Source: Phoronis australis (taxonomy: Eukaryota; Animalia; Phoronida). Taken from it: a DNA stretch of 64,000 bases. Positions 1 through 12,801 of this stretch are shown piece by piece. Under the pieces are notes generated by a model. It was given only the letters and a program-made list of their open reading frames with translations. It was not told the DNA's origin and did no database searches. The stretch lies in contig NMRA01000027.1 of NCBI GenBank assembly GCA_002633005.1, forward strand, positions 471,265-535,264, read 5' to 3'. The translations under genes were made by a program, and so were the position numbers. Each line of letters starts with the position of its first letter. The first letter of the stretch is position 1.

Positions 1-1718
1 TTGACATAAGCAACGATGATTCTGATGATAAGACACACTGTGTATACATTGGGTTACTTTTTCACATTGTCACACTTTCAGGCTCGTATTTGATGAATTG
101 GTATTTTTATTGAATTGATTTAACAAAAAATTGGACAAAAAGTACAAAATACCTTTCTGAGTGACTAGAAAACAACAAATTGACAAAAAACAATTCCAAA
201 AAGCACCATTCCCCTCTTAGGGTACACTGCTACCAGGGAAACCAGTTTTTGTATCTTTTGTCAAAATGTTAGTCACCATCATTGTCGGATATCAACCTTT
301 CTCCCTAGCAGACACGCCCTGACATTAATGAGCAGGTGATTATGAACATTACTGATGTTGTTTTTTGACTTTTAATCAAAGCAGAGAATGAAGTAGGTTC
401 TTGCCCAATATGAAACATGAGTACTAAGTACAAACATTAGTTCTAAATACAAACATGAGTACTAAATACAAACATGACAATTGTTTTAAATCCTTTTTGT
501 CTTCAATTATTGTTCCTAAGCCTGCTTAGCGAGGACGCCTATTATTGTCTTTCAAGTTTTTCAGACATCTTCTTATAGCAGCTGTTGCTATTTTTCATTT
601 TCTATTAGTATTCAAAGAAACTGTTTGGATTACGTCAGACACTCTAATGTTTTGTTTCCTTAGCAACCAGTTGCCTACGTTACATGTGAGACAGCGTGCT
701 GGTTGAATTTCAGTTTACTCTGCCTAAACTCTCACCGATGTAAGACACGATATTCAATGTACTCTTTGTACTAAGCACTGTAGCAATGTAGGAAACAATA
801 TGGGTGCACAGGAAATTGTGGTCAACTTTTTCAAAGATAAGCGTCATAAAATTTCAATTTATTGCGTTTTCATTTTCAATTTCTGTACTTTAGCAACTTG
901 CTTTGAGTATTTGGAAAATTGTTTGCATTCGCAACACTGTTAGAGAAGCTCTTGAAAATGTTTGGCAATGATTTGTGTGTGACATTGGTGAGAGTTGTCC
1001 ATCATTTTACATACACATGTTCTCATAGTCACCAGTTTATCACGCTGTAAAGTGTTCTAACCTCTTACTCCTCTCACTTGAGTGTGTTTATCTATGAGTT
1101 AATGTTTTGAGTGAAATATTACGTTTTGTAGTGAAGTAATTTTAAATTTTCGAAGAACCAATGGTCATTTTTGATGAGTTTTGATTACTGGAAGTGTCTT
1201 CATCGACGTTTAATTAATTTCTAAATGATTTTATTTTGAAAGACAGTCTTTAGTTCTTTGGACGACTGAAGGTGTTGAGCCTACTTCCCAGCGTATCAAC
1301 AGTTTTTTCCCCTACAGTGTCTAATCGCAAGTGTCGGGAACCAAATTTCTTTAATTGAGAAATCTCCCACTTTCCACATTCATTCTAGTTTTGAGAAACC
1401 TTCACTGCACTCTTGTCTACCAAGTTACACGACCTTCCTTCCTTGTCTGTTCAGTTAGTGTACCAGTGCAATAGATGAGTTAGAAGACTAGTTGTGGTGA
1501 ATGTACAGGAAATGTTGATGAGCAGGTTGCTGTAGTGCACTGTTATCACATTGATTCTTCCCACTTTCCGTCCCTCGAGAATGTTCAATTTTGCTGTTGT
1601 TTGAAGCTAAGTATATAACTTCTGACCAGCGTATTGATTACACCAGCATAATGTGAAGGGTTGTGTTCAGTTACCATGGAAACTTGGTTATTAAATTTAG
1701 CGCCATCTTGTCTTCCAG

Positions 1719-4700
1719 ATCTCTTCCCGTTCTTGAGCAAAAGATTGCAGCAGTCTCCTAGTGGATCAGAGCTTGGTGAGTAAGATAGGTCAGAAATAGG
1801 TCAGAAGGGAATTAAATGTGAATCAGACATGGTTGCATTGGGGGGTTCAGAAGTTGATTTCTTAGTGTTTTGGTTAAATATGTTTTTGATGTATAAAATT
1901 AGAAGCTTCAACACTGCTACTTTTAAAAATGTTGCTCAGTTATCTCTGTAAATTGACTAAATGGGAGAAAGCATTTTTCATGAAGTGTGAAGAGAAATTT
2001 TGCTGTGATTACACAATCGAACATCATTTCCTGAAAAGAGGCTCTAAAAAGACGTGAAACTGGTGACCATGTGTGTGGTGGCCACACATATAAGACTAGT
2101 GACCATGTATGTGCTGGCCACATATATAAGACGTCCACATTTTGGATATTGTTGTAGCAAGTGTATCAGAATGGGAGACTTTCAGCAAGCAGTTGGGGCT
2201 TATCACATGGGACCGGTGACTCGTATCGCCACCTAGCTGTATGAAGAGGTACTTAGTCTTCACAGCGGGTGGCATAGGGGAATGGTTTGCCTTTGTGAAA
2301 ATACCCTTTTACAGTGTATGTGATTAGACGTGATGTGTTTTAAACAGAAGTTATAAAGTACCTCCTTGTTCTCCAGAGGCCACTGGTGTCAGGTCTTATG
2401 TGACCAGTCACCACATTGCCTCTGAAAGTCTCCCATTGGATGTTGAATTGAATTTAAAATGTCCAGTTTCTGAAAAAAAAGCTAATGCAGTGCACTATTT
2501 TGGGGTAAATTTCTGTCTATTGACGTGCACAGTATTCCTACACCACTTTGTTCCGAGTACCTATTTCTGCAAATAGATGGCTGACTTAACTGTTGTTTCA
2601 GACTTGTGCACTGAAGGGCAATTTAGGTTGTCTGTCTGTAGAAATTGGATATGAAACTAATTACACAAGTATTTGATATGGCAATGCAGTAATTATTATA
2701 AAATTGATGGGTTTTTTTTGCCTTTGTTTGCTGCCACTAGCTACAATATGCCAGATATGTGCCTGGGTGTACATGTGTGTCATGTACGTAGGCTGTGCAC
2801 AGATCATGCGGCTGTGCGTAAAGTATTCATTTATTTGTAAAGGTCTGTTGCAAAGTGTCACTGCTCTAAACAGTGTTGGTGTTTTGCATGTAGCCGAAAA
2901 CATTGTAGTGAGACTTGTATTCTGAGGCCCCCGATATTTGTACTCTCTCCCAATATTCTAACTCTCTGTTGTCTCTAAATGAAGGTGTGTTCACTTACTA
3001 CTCCATAACTCGAAGGGTGAGGGAGTTGGGAAAAGATGACAATTTATGAGAACTCATGGTGCTGTCATCACATAGTTTATTAAGATATCTCCATCACGGT
3101 ACATATCATTGGAGAAACTGGTTCACCTTCGAGCCGAATTGATTAATTTCAAAATCGGGAGCCGACATTTCACGCTTCCATGATTTGGTCATATTTCACA
3201 AGGCTTCCCATATAAACATCTAACATGTACACAAACACCAGCCCCAATCTATCACTACCCAATCCTATCACTGACTGTGAACACATTGACATAGGGCATC
3301 ACTGACTGAACACGGTGACATAGGGCATCACTGACTGAACACGGTGACATAGGGCATCACTGACTGAACACGGTGACATAGGGCATCACTGACTGAACAC
3401 GGTGACATAGGGCATCACTGACTGAACACAGTGACATAGGGCATCACTGACTGAACACAGTGACATAGGGCATCACTGACTGAACACAGTGACATGGGGC
3501 ATCACTGACTGAACACAGTGACATGGGGCATCACTGACTGAACACAGCGACATGGGGCATCACTGACTGAACACAGTGACATAGGGCATCACTGACTGAA
3601 CACAGTGACATAGGGCATCACTGACTGAACACAGTGACATGGGGCATCACTGACTGAACACAGTGACATGGGGCATCACTGACTGAACACAGCGACATGG
3701 GGCATCACTGACTGAACACAGTGACATAGGGCATCACTGACTGAACACAGTGACATAGGGCATCACTGACTGAACACAGTGACATGGGGCATCACTGACT
3801 GAACACAGTGACATGGGGCATCACTGACTGAACACAGCGACATAGGGCATCACTGACTGAACACAGTGACATAGGGCATCACTGACTGAACACAGTGATA
3901 TGGGGGATCACTGACTATGAACATAGGGCATAATCAGGGCATACGCATTCAAAATTTTCCAACTTTTTAAGCATATGTGCAATTTAGTGACAGAATTTTA
4001 CGTTTTTTCATTAATATGCCTGAATAGTTTTACCTTGCTTTCATACTATCCCTCAAGTCTCATTGTTTGCTCTCCAGATTGTCCATTCAGTGGAGTCGCC
4101 ACGAAGTAACAATACTCGATTGTGTTGTAACTTAACATTAAAACGACGCCTCGTTCATTCTTGTAGTCCTTGTGACCCTAATGAAATACCAACTCAGTGT
4201 TGCTGTTGCTTGAATTTGTACTCTTGAATCACATGAGCATTCATTCATTCCGGTTGTTCTTGGAAGATCAGTGTTGTAATGCTGTTGTGGTCCTCTTAAT
4301 TGTCTTATTCATCTGATTGGTTGAATCTCTCCACAGATTTGGACATTGACGTGGCTAATACCTTGATGTCATTGAAGGGTTCATCCCCACAGGGCTATAG
4401 CAGTAAGTCTATTGGTGTCTACTGAAGGGTATATTCGTAACAAAAGTAGTATCAATAATATACTATAGATGTCTTGCTTTGGGCCCTCTGGTGGCTGCTC
4501 TAAGTGTACTGGCTCCATCTAGTGTCAATGTTTAAAATAATAATTATCCCTTGTATCTGTGCTGTAGGCAATTCACATGCTGGGCGCATATCAACACTGT
4601 TACTGAATCACTTGTAGTCAGCATGCATTAGCTAGGAGTGAAGAGTGTATTTTATTTATAGAGCGTTAGTTTACTTTTTGCTGGTGGTTCTATTTCCAGT

Positions 4701-5828
4701 ATAAATTCATTCTCTACAGATCCATTCAATTAAAGAGGTCAACATGAGACACTCGTTATAAAACTAAAACACAAATTTAAATGTTTGTGTGTCTGACTGC
4801 AGTATTCCTAGACTGAGGCGTCTCTGCTCAGTAATTTGACGTAGAGAATGCCTCTGATGTCACAAGTGAGTTCAGTGTGGTGAGTTTGTGCTCATCTTCA
4901 TCAACAAGTCATTCTGTTGTTTTTTTGTGTAACTGTGTAATTATTGATTCCAGACCCAAGACTAAAGCCACTGAGTTTACAGTTTGAGAGTCCAAATGGC
5001 GATCGTTTGCGCAAAAAATTAAGGTGAGTAATACAATAAACATGCTAATTTCTATAGCGGTATTGTTTGGTTAAGTTAGGATTCCAACTGACCAATATGT
5101 TTCAATTAAGAACAAGTGTCTCCAAAATTCAGCATCGTGTAAAAGGCACACTAGACACATGACCCTTGCCTGCTGTTAGTTGATCCTGTTAAATTGTCAA
5201 GGGACTTTGATGTCGGTTGTAACAGTGAAAAACAATTAACGAGCGTGTGTGAAAATATCTCGTGTTTACAGCATGTAATGTCTTGGTTATTGTGGCCAAA
5301 AATGAAATGTTTAAAGGCCGGTTTAAATGTTTGTCATAGGAATTAATATATTTATATTGGGGAACATCAACACAAATAGTTGTGGCACCTTCGTACCGTT
5401 TGCTAAATATTTCTAGGCACTCGACGTGTGGTGCTAAATATATGCCTTACATTTCTAGACACTCACCGTACAACAAGAAGCGGCCAACGTCACCGGTGGT
5501 GATCACAAGTAGTCCTAGTGAAGATCACACCTACAGTGCTTCTAGTTCGCCGTACGAGGCTGGTGGGCGTTCACCAGCGTCCAGCTCATCAATCGATGAA
5601 GAGTATGACTTTGGCTCTGACGAGAGTGAAGAAGAGTATGAAGAGTCTGACTGGGAAGAGGACGGCTGGGACAGCGAGGATGAGAAGAAACGCATCGTGG
5701 AGGGAGCTGACGCCCTGTTGAACTTGGCAGGGGTCGCTACCTCGTCGGTGGTCTCCATGAGATCAATAAGTCCTCCAAGTAATAACAACTGCATCAAACA
5801 GGAGATTAAGCAGGAGATATGTACCTAG
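1719..5828 (+). CDS. FOXN3: Forkhead box N2/3 (CHES1-like), 3' part only; the forkhead-domain exons lie upstream of the window
   Basis: Phase-consistent GT-AG exons 1719-1775 (DLFPFLSKRL..), 4337-4402 (DLDIDVANTLMSLK), 4954-5023 and 5459-5828 (EDHTYS..RSPASSSSIDEEYDF..EGADALLNLAG, stop TAG). These match the FoxN2/3 C-terminal motifs DIDAASAMMLL, EDHNYS..SSSADDHYEF and EAAGSLLHLAG as I recall them. Confidence 0.85.
3268..3927. repeat. 29-bp tandem minisatellite (~22 copies) in a FoxN2/3 intron
   Basis: Unit gacatagggcatcactgactgaacac(a/g)gt, exact 29-bp period (e.g. 3288, 3317). Confidence 0.97.
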
Positions 5829-8800
5829 TAGTGATGTAGACAATGGTTGCGGATGACTACAGCCCAGTGGTGCCATCTGTTGATGCCATTTAGGTGGTGG
5901 TGAAAATCATAAATCACTTAATAGTTTCTCTATAGCATAAGATGCACCTTTGCTTAACTCGTACAAAATTCCACAGAATATTCTACTGTGTTCACTAGGT
6001 CTTTCAGTTAAGCATGCAGATTTTATCTTACTGGAATAAAGTGGAATACACCACTTTATTCCAGTTGGATCTAACTTGTGTGGATTTTACTGTATAAGAA
6101 TTACAAATGTATGTATGTGGTGAATCTTCCAATTAACTAATTGTTAATGCAGCACAGGTCAAAGCTATTTGTCAAATTTGGACATCTAGAGGAACTATTA
6201 AGTGGTTGATGTATTTGATCGTATGGTAGGGCAACGGGTATGCTGAAAGGATAGTTGGTGAAGACTATTGTAAGTGATGATGGTGTGAGTTGGGAAGAGT
6301 TGCCGTTATTGTACCTCTTAAACATCTAGCTCCATATATATCTTAACCAGGTAGTCATAGAGTATCAACTATGTTTATAACTGTGGTGCTCATATCATGC
6401 CACGGTATCTCAGTTTGTTTAACATTTCACAATCGTATTATTGTGGTGGCAAATATTAGTTTTTTTGGGGCAAATCCGGTGACGTGATTCATACATGCAG
6501 GTTGTTGAATTCTTATCGGAGACAAATAGTGCTATTAAACTTTTGCTTCTGTTTAGTGCATGAATAAGCAGTGTACATCTGAATTATGGTATTCATTACT
6601 GTAACAGTTAGCTTTGAAAAGCTTAATCTACAAACATTTTGATACAAGCTATGGTCAAGTGGGTAATGGTACAATTTATGATGAATATTACTTATCATAC
6701 TTTGCTCATATCATACGAGAAAAAGTAAACATTACTTTTATTTTTTTGCTGGCTCTTTAGAGGGCATAACTGCTGTCATTTCTCCACTGGTGAATGTTGC
6801 CATTTGCGTCGTGGTTATGTCTTGTTGAGAAATCGTCACGCAGAAATGTATCATTTAACAGGGATCCGTATCATTCAACAGGGATCCATATCATTCAACT
6901 GGGATCCGTATCATTTAACAGGGATCCGTATCATTTAACAGGGATCCGTATCATTTAACAGGGATCCGTATCATTTAACAGGGATCCGTATCATTCAACT
7001 GGGATTCTTGTGGTTGGTCTCAGTTAATAAGTACGAAGGTGGCAACTCTCCCCAACTAACTTTAGTCATGAGTTGGTATATTTCTGTGAGATTCAAGGTG
7101 GACTCACCAACTTAGTTACAACTGCTTTAAGTACATTAGTTGGTAGATTGTTATTGTTTATTTTTATTATCATTATTTTTAATATTATTATTACTCACTG
7201 TTCTCATACATGTAACCTAGGTTATCATTATACCTCATGCTGGGCATGTCGAGGGTTTTGTAGCGACATGTTCAAATGGTTATTTCTGTGTATTGTTGGA
7301 ACTATCATGACAGAAATGTTTTGCGACTACTTCTATGACGACTATCTCAAAGTGAGTGTCAGTGTGGTAACTTTTGTTTCAGTTTGTGTAAATATTGTAA
7401 ATAATTGAGGCTACATGTGCAGTATTATTTTGGTACACAATGGATGATGGACGCTTTCTTTGGTTATGTAGTCGGTATTACAGATTTATGTGGCAAATGA
7501 TTCAAAGTCAAACCCACATTTTGTATTTATAATGTGCCTATCGTAATCAGTTTTGAGGTTAATCAAGTTTCGTTCTAGCTCTATTCAGAATTTATTAAAC
7601 ATTATACTCCTAGAATTCATGGCCTGCATCTTTACATGGTCGGAGATTTAACTGATTTTGTGTCTTCACTGATTAAAACGGATCAGTTTTGTATAAAGTT
7701 ATACTGTTTGTTAGCCAATTGCTTCCATTTTTCTTGTTTAGTATATTTGGTGCTTGTTTACACTGCTGGCTTATAGTACAGCGGAATGATATCGTGTTAT
7801 GGGAAGTTTTTGTATTACAACCGTTGATCATTGTAAAACTAGTGACATGTGAAGTGAAAAGTAGTTATGTCCCCATGTCCAATAACAGAATCCTTGGAAT
7901 TGTGTCCCTCATTTATGCTCATTTCTAATTGGACTAATGAAATGAACTCATCAAATCTTGTTCAGCAAATTGCATTAAAAATGTAATCAAGATTTTGCCA
8001 TGGAGTTGATCAGTGATGTAGACTACCTGTTTCTGCACAAGTCATTTAACATCAGATCTGTCTTTAATGGTCTACTGTTACCTAGGAAACAACATGGCAG
8101 GCTGGGGTAATGATTAGCATGAAGTCACTTCCAGCGTTTGTAAAACGGAGGTTTTGTATTTAACAGTTAGTAGTTGGCGATATTCATGAACTGTTGTTGA
8201 TAAGAAATGATCGGGTCTATTTAGCAGGCATGTGCTTGCACTCCCAGCCTCACACAAGTTGGCCTTTCTAAACCAGGTGCAGTCGTGGGGGTGTCTTCAC
8301 CTGAAGCTTTTCTTATTATTTTACATGTTTAGGTTAGGTGTATGTTTTTGTTAAATGCCTGGATTAAGAAATTTGTGTAATCAAAATTAGGTGCCACGTT
8401 GATGGATTGGAAAGTACTTTTACCTCAAATATGATTGGTGCTCAAGTCTTGAAATTGCAACTGTCAATAACTTGCTTGTATTTTGTGCTAAGCAAATTAA
8501 AGTCGTGTATGCACTTAGTGAATCAAGCATTTTCAAGATTAATTTTTGAGAGCAAAATATTTTCCGATCCTCACCTTATTTGTTAGCCAAGGTTGCCATG
8601 TCATAGTTTAAGGGTTACCATGTCGGAGGTGAAAGGTTACATTTAGTGCTTATGATGACATTGGTTGCTTCATTATTGGCGAGGCTTGTGCAATATGTAT
8701 TCATCATTATTATGGGCCGGATTGTACAGCTGTACAGAAGTAAACAATAAACTTTATAAATTTCATCTTTGTTGTTCATCGTCAGCCCAAGAACCAGTCT

Positions 8801-8925
8801 TCAGTGTTGAGAATGCGCATTCAGTGGGGTGTTGTGCCCAGACGTAATGCTTTCTAGCACTTTTTGGGCTTAACTCTTATCGTTTATTGTATTTTTTGTA
8901 ATAAACATTAAAAAAGAGTGTTACA
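5829..8925 (+). other. Probable long 3'UTR of FoxN2/3
   Basis: TG/T-rich, largely repeat-free stretch after the stop codon. AATAAA at 6035, 8746 and 8900. Strand composition switches near 8900-9000, where the TMEM223 3' end converges. Confidence 0.6.
6848..7006. repeat. 20-bp tandem repeat (8 copies) in the putative FoxN2/3 3'UTR
   Basis: Unit gtatcatt(t/c)aac(a/t)gggatcc. Confidence 0.95.
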
Positions 8926-9904
8926 GCAAAATGACCTGCGTGCTTGTGTCACAAACTAAAAAAACGTTTTAATTAATGATTATTTATTGTCATTATTACC
9001 ACTAGAGGACCTGAAATGTTCTCCCACTTCAGTATGCTAAATTGGCGGTGACCAGGGGAGTGAAATTTCATGTCATATTCAAACAAGGCCATGTCATGTG
9101 CCTCTCCCGTCAAACAAAGTCCAGATACGCCTCTGCCAGTGCATTCAGTGTGTATGAACTGCTGGTTACAGGAACAATAACAGTAGACAGAAACTACTCC
9201 ACTATCTGTTGGGGTATGCAGCTGGATCCTTTTTACATAGTCGGCATATACATTGGGTTCCATGTAAAATCACCATTCATTTAATGAACGTGTTGTACCC
9301 CTTCAACAAACAGGACCAATAGAGGAGCCGTGAATAAAGCCACTTTTTGAGGGCACATTGCCATCGCATCTTTCATGTGAATATTACGACAGTCAAAAGG
9401 TTGACTTCATAGCCATTGGCTACAGGATTTGTAAGTTCAGCTAAAAAGAAATTAATTAAATCATCTAATGTCGAAGCATTCCTGCGAGACAGCGTGCCAT
9501 TTATTTCAAATCTGCAAATTAATGTCATGAGTAAACTTCCAAGCCAACAGTAAAATATGCGACGGTGCAATACCATTATAATGGCTACAAAGTTTGCTAT
9601 ACACCTGCACTCAAAACACTTGAAGCTTGTTATGACTCACCACTGGCATTCATGCCCTGGGCTGCATTTTTGTTCAGTGCCAGTCACTTAATTTGACAGT
9701 TCAAAGTTCACAGCTCTGTGGGGATGTTGGGCACGAGTTTCGCAACCAAATTTTATTTAAAATCTTAATAGATTCTGTAGCCAAAATAACCATTATTAGC
9801 TCCCCAAGCATGAGCACTGAAGAGCTTGCACAAGTTGTCATCACTATTCAAAATGCACAAAATAGTTTTACACAGCACATCTTTATAGCCACACTCGACC
9901 GCAA

Positions 9905-11311
9905 CTAAAACTTCCTCTTCAGAGCAACCACATAATCAAACAGATCTGTGTTGAAAAATTTCCCACGTCCATCTAGAAGAAAGTAGAACATTCTGCCTTT
10001 GAGCTTCAAAGCCATATTGCTCGTGGAGGCCTGTCGAGATTTTGTTGCCGAGATGTGCTCAGTGGAGACCTCTATTGTACGGATACGTCCGAAAGGGGCA
10101 AAGGTCTGTACAGCCACTTTCTGGCCACCTTTCATGAGAACGATTCTGTGGACTGATCGTAGAGCCAAGGTCATTGTAAAGAAAAACAGGAAGTAGCCTG
10201 TAAGAAATATTTAGAACTTATACAGCAATGGCAAAAATATGAAACCACGAAATAACAAACTTGTAGAATTCTTGATTATCATAGAAACTCTGCAAGGGAA
10301 TAATGCCTGGTTATTGTTTTTTCTGAAAATTTTGATTTTTTTCACAAAGATTGTCTGACACAACTTCCACAGGCATAAAAATTTTCACACAAAAGTAGCA
10401 AATTCTATTTATTCAATAAGTTAGCTACAAAAGTGTAACCAGAATTTTCTTTTAAGGCCTTTTTGCCTGAGAACTTGGCTGTCATTGACAATGAAGACTT
10501 CCAGATTTTTTTCCTATTTTACAGTTGAAAAGGCCTTGAAAAGAAAATCCCTCACAAGCTTTTGTAGCTAACAGAACAGATTAAATTTGTAAGTTGTCCA
10601 AAATTTTCATGGTTATGGGAATCATAGTCATCTCAATAAAAATTGTGTTCCTTTAGAAAAAACAAAGTCATATGTCTAAAAATATCCTATCATTATTTTG
10701 ATGCGCCTAATGCATTTCTGTGATGACAAAGGATCATTAAATAATGGACTAATACGACATCTGAAGAAATGTAACAATGTCGGCAAGTTACAGTAAGTTT
10801 CAGCAGTAACTGTTAAATCATCTGCTTTTCAACCAAACTCACCTAATGTGAGACACAATAATGCTATCCCGTTCTTGTACTTGTTTTCGCCAAAGTTCAC
10901 TCTCCTCCACCAAACTGACTTTTTCCCATCACTCTCCAACTCTGTCTCCTTAACATCACGGAGACTGCTGTAGGAAAACTGTGCCAAGTATGTCCAGAAG
11001 AAAAACTGGATAAAACCAAACCAAGTGAGGTATTTGTAATATCTCACATTTTCATACTGGAAAAGTAAGACATCTTTTTTGACACGAGGATCCACTTCGA
11101 AAGGTAATGCTTCTCTTGACAGCACAGAAGTCAGTGACAAAGTTCTACGAGTTAATGTCAAAGGTGAGATGTGGAAGACATGACATACAGATGGACAAGT
11201 GGCTCTCATAGAGTATGTCATGAATGGTTGAGTTTGTAACCTATAGAATCTAAGGTGATCAGGTCTAGATCGCAGAATTAATGTTCGAAGACTTCGGGCA
11301 ATCATTGACAT
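9905..11311 (-). CDS. TMEM223: Transmembrane protein 223 (mitochondrial inner membrane), ~253 aa
   Basis: Two coding exons, 11311-10843 and 10197-9905 (phase-1 GT-AG intron). Motifs DVLLF, LRSVHRIVLMKGGQKV..TFAPFG and LKLKGRMFYFLLD..GKF.N..LFD match TMEM223. The N-terminus is Arg/Ser/Leu-rich like a mitochondrial presequence. An acceptor at 11325 implies an upstream 5' exon. Confidence 0.93.
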
Positions 11312-12420
11312 CTTGAAAGGCAATCTGAAACACACAAAAAGAAATATGTTGACAAGTACAGCCCGTAGTTCAAAAATTGACAATGTTAATGATATTGATG
11401 GTAAGATGTGATTGATTTACAACTGCACTTTTTCCACCAGGTTGCGTACAGGTCACAATTAATTATCAGAATAGGTTTATTGAGTTTTTAATATTTTAAC
11501 ACCGGTAAATCAAATTTCTGAGCAGAATTTGCTTTGGCAAAGCTCTCATCATCTCTTCGACCACGGCATCCCAAGAACGTATTGTTTTCAAGTCAAAAAC
11601 AGTCTTCTTTTTATCAAACGTAGGAGACTATATTCACAAGAAGGATTATTTATAGCACTGTTTTCCACTAAAACGTCTATAATGGGCAAGGTGAGTGTTG
11701 GTTGAATCACAGATTTTGCCAGCACACCTCCCAGTTGTTAACTCTAAATGCTGATAATTTTTTCGACAAGTGCCGAACTACCCTGGCAGTGGGAAATTTC
11801 GAGTTCTAATTGAGCTTAACACGCAGTGGTTTCTAGTTGTATTTTGAAAAAAATATACTTCTGTAGTCTTCATACAGCTAGGATGGTAGCCTTGATGCAA
11901 AGCTGTCCGAGGTCCACAGGTACTGGTTGGCAGCGCTTCATCGGTAGACAATTCGTTTGGTGACTATGCCATTTGTAATAATAGCCCTGCGACCCCCTAT
12001 AACCAGTGATCCAGCTAATAACCATTCAGCTACTGACTAACTGAGCTAGGCAATTGCCTGGCGTTAGGGAGAGGCTCATGATTCACCGGAAGCACATCTA
12101 CAACACGAGGAACCGCTATGTAGTAATAGCTGAGATTACCCGGCCCGGGAATCAATCAATCAAACCAGCGACCCCCATAAAACCGGCAAGCGTGCTAACC
12201 ATGCAGCAAAAAAATAGGCAACCAAATGCCTGTTAGCAGCTAACAGAGGCTCATATGATTCACCGGAAGCACATCTACAATAGCTAAATCAGATCAGTTC
12301 CGATGACCTTATATTAAAAATTCATAAAACAAATGAAACTGCAAAGTACCAAGTCTTGACAGCTTAAATTCAACATCAACACTGAGCTGGACGCGAATGG
12401 AGCAGCACATCTCTTATGGG

Positions 12421-12445
12421 CGCAGCCATATTCCCACAATGCAGT
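12421..12445. promoter_or_regulatory. ZNF143/Staf-type site plus YY1-like motif in the TMEM223/PPP1R21 divergent promoter
   Basis: TTCCCACAATGCA at 12431-12443 fits the SBS consensus. The overlapping minus-strand AATATGGCTGC resembles the YY1 motif. It lies between two head-to-head ATGs (11311 and 12802). Confidence 0.55.
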
Positions 12446-12801
12446 ATAAGGTAGCAAACGTTTTTCATGTCTTCCACTAAACTGAAACGAGGCAAGCTAA
12501 CCTAATGCGAGAAAACAAGGGTACTTTCGTTAATTTATCGAAAACTTCATTTATAGACAACATATTGCTTTTGAAATTATAAAATTCTTAAATTTATTCA
12601 TGTTTTATTTCATATTACCTTTGTTATAGGGGTAACATCCAGTTTTTGACTGTGAAGACCGTATAATCGTGGCAGACTTTAAACCTATCCAAACTTTAAA
12701 ATAGACTATTACAGACAGTAGACACAGGAAGTCAAGAAAAATGTAACTCCCCTCTTACTGTGTATTTTAGATTTCCCCTTGAGCAAAGTTGTTGATTTAC
12801 T

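Noticed and set aside
3268-3927. CRISPR-like regular array, or RAG heptamer CACAGTG in each unit
   Set aside because: Units are contiguous with no unique spacers and no cas genes, and no RSS nonamer follows. This is an ordinary eukaryotic minisatellite.
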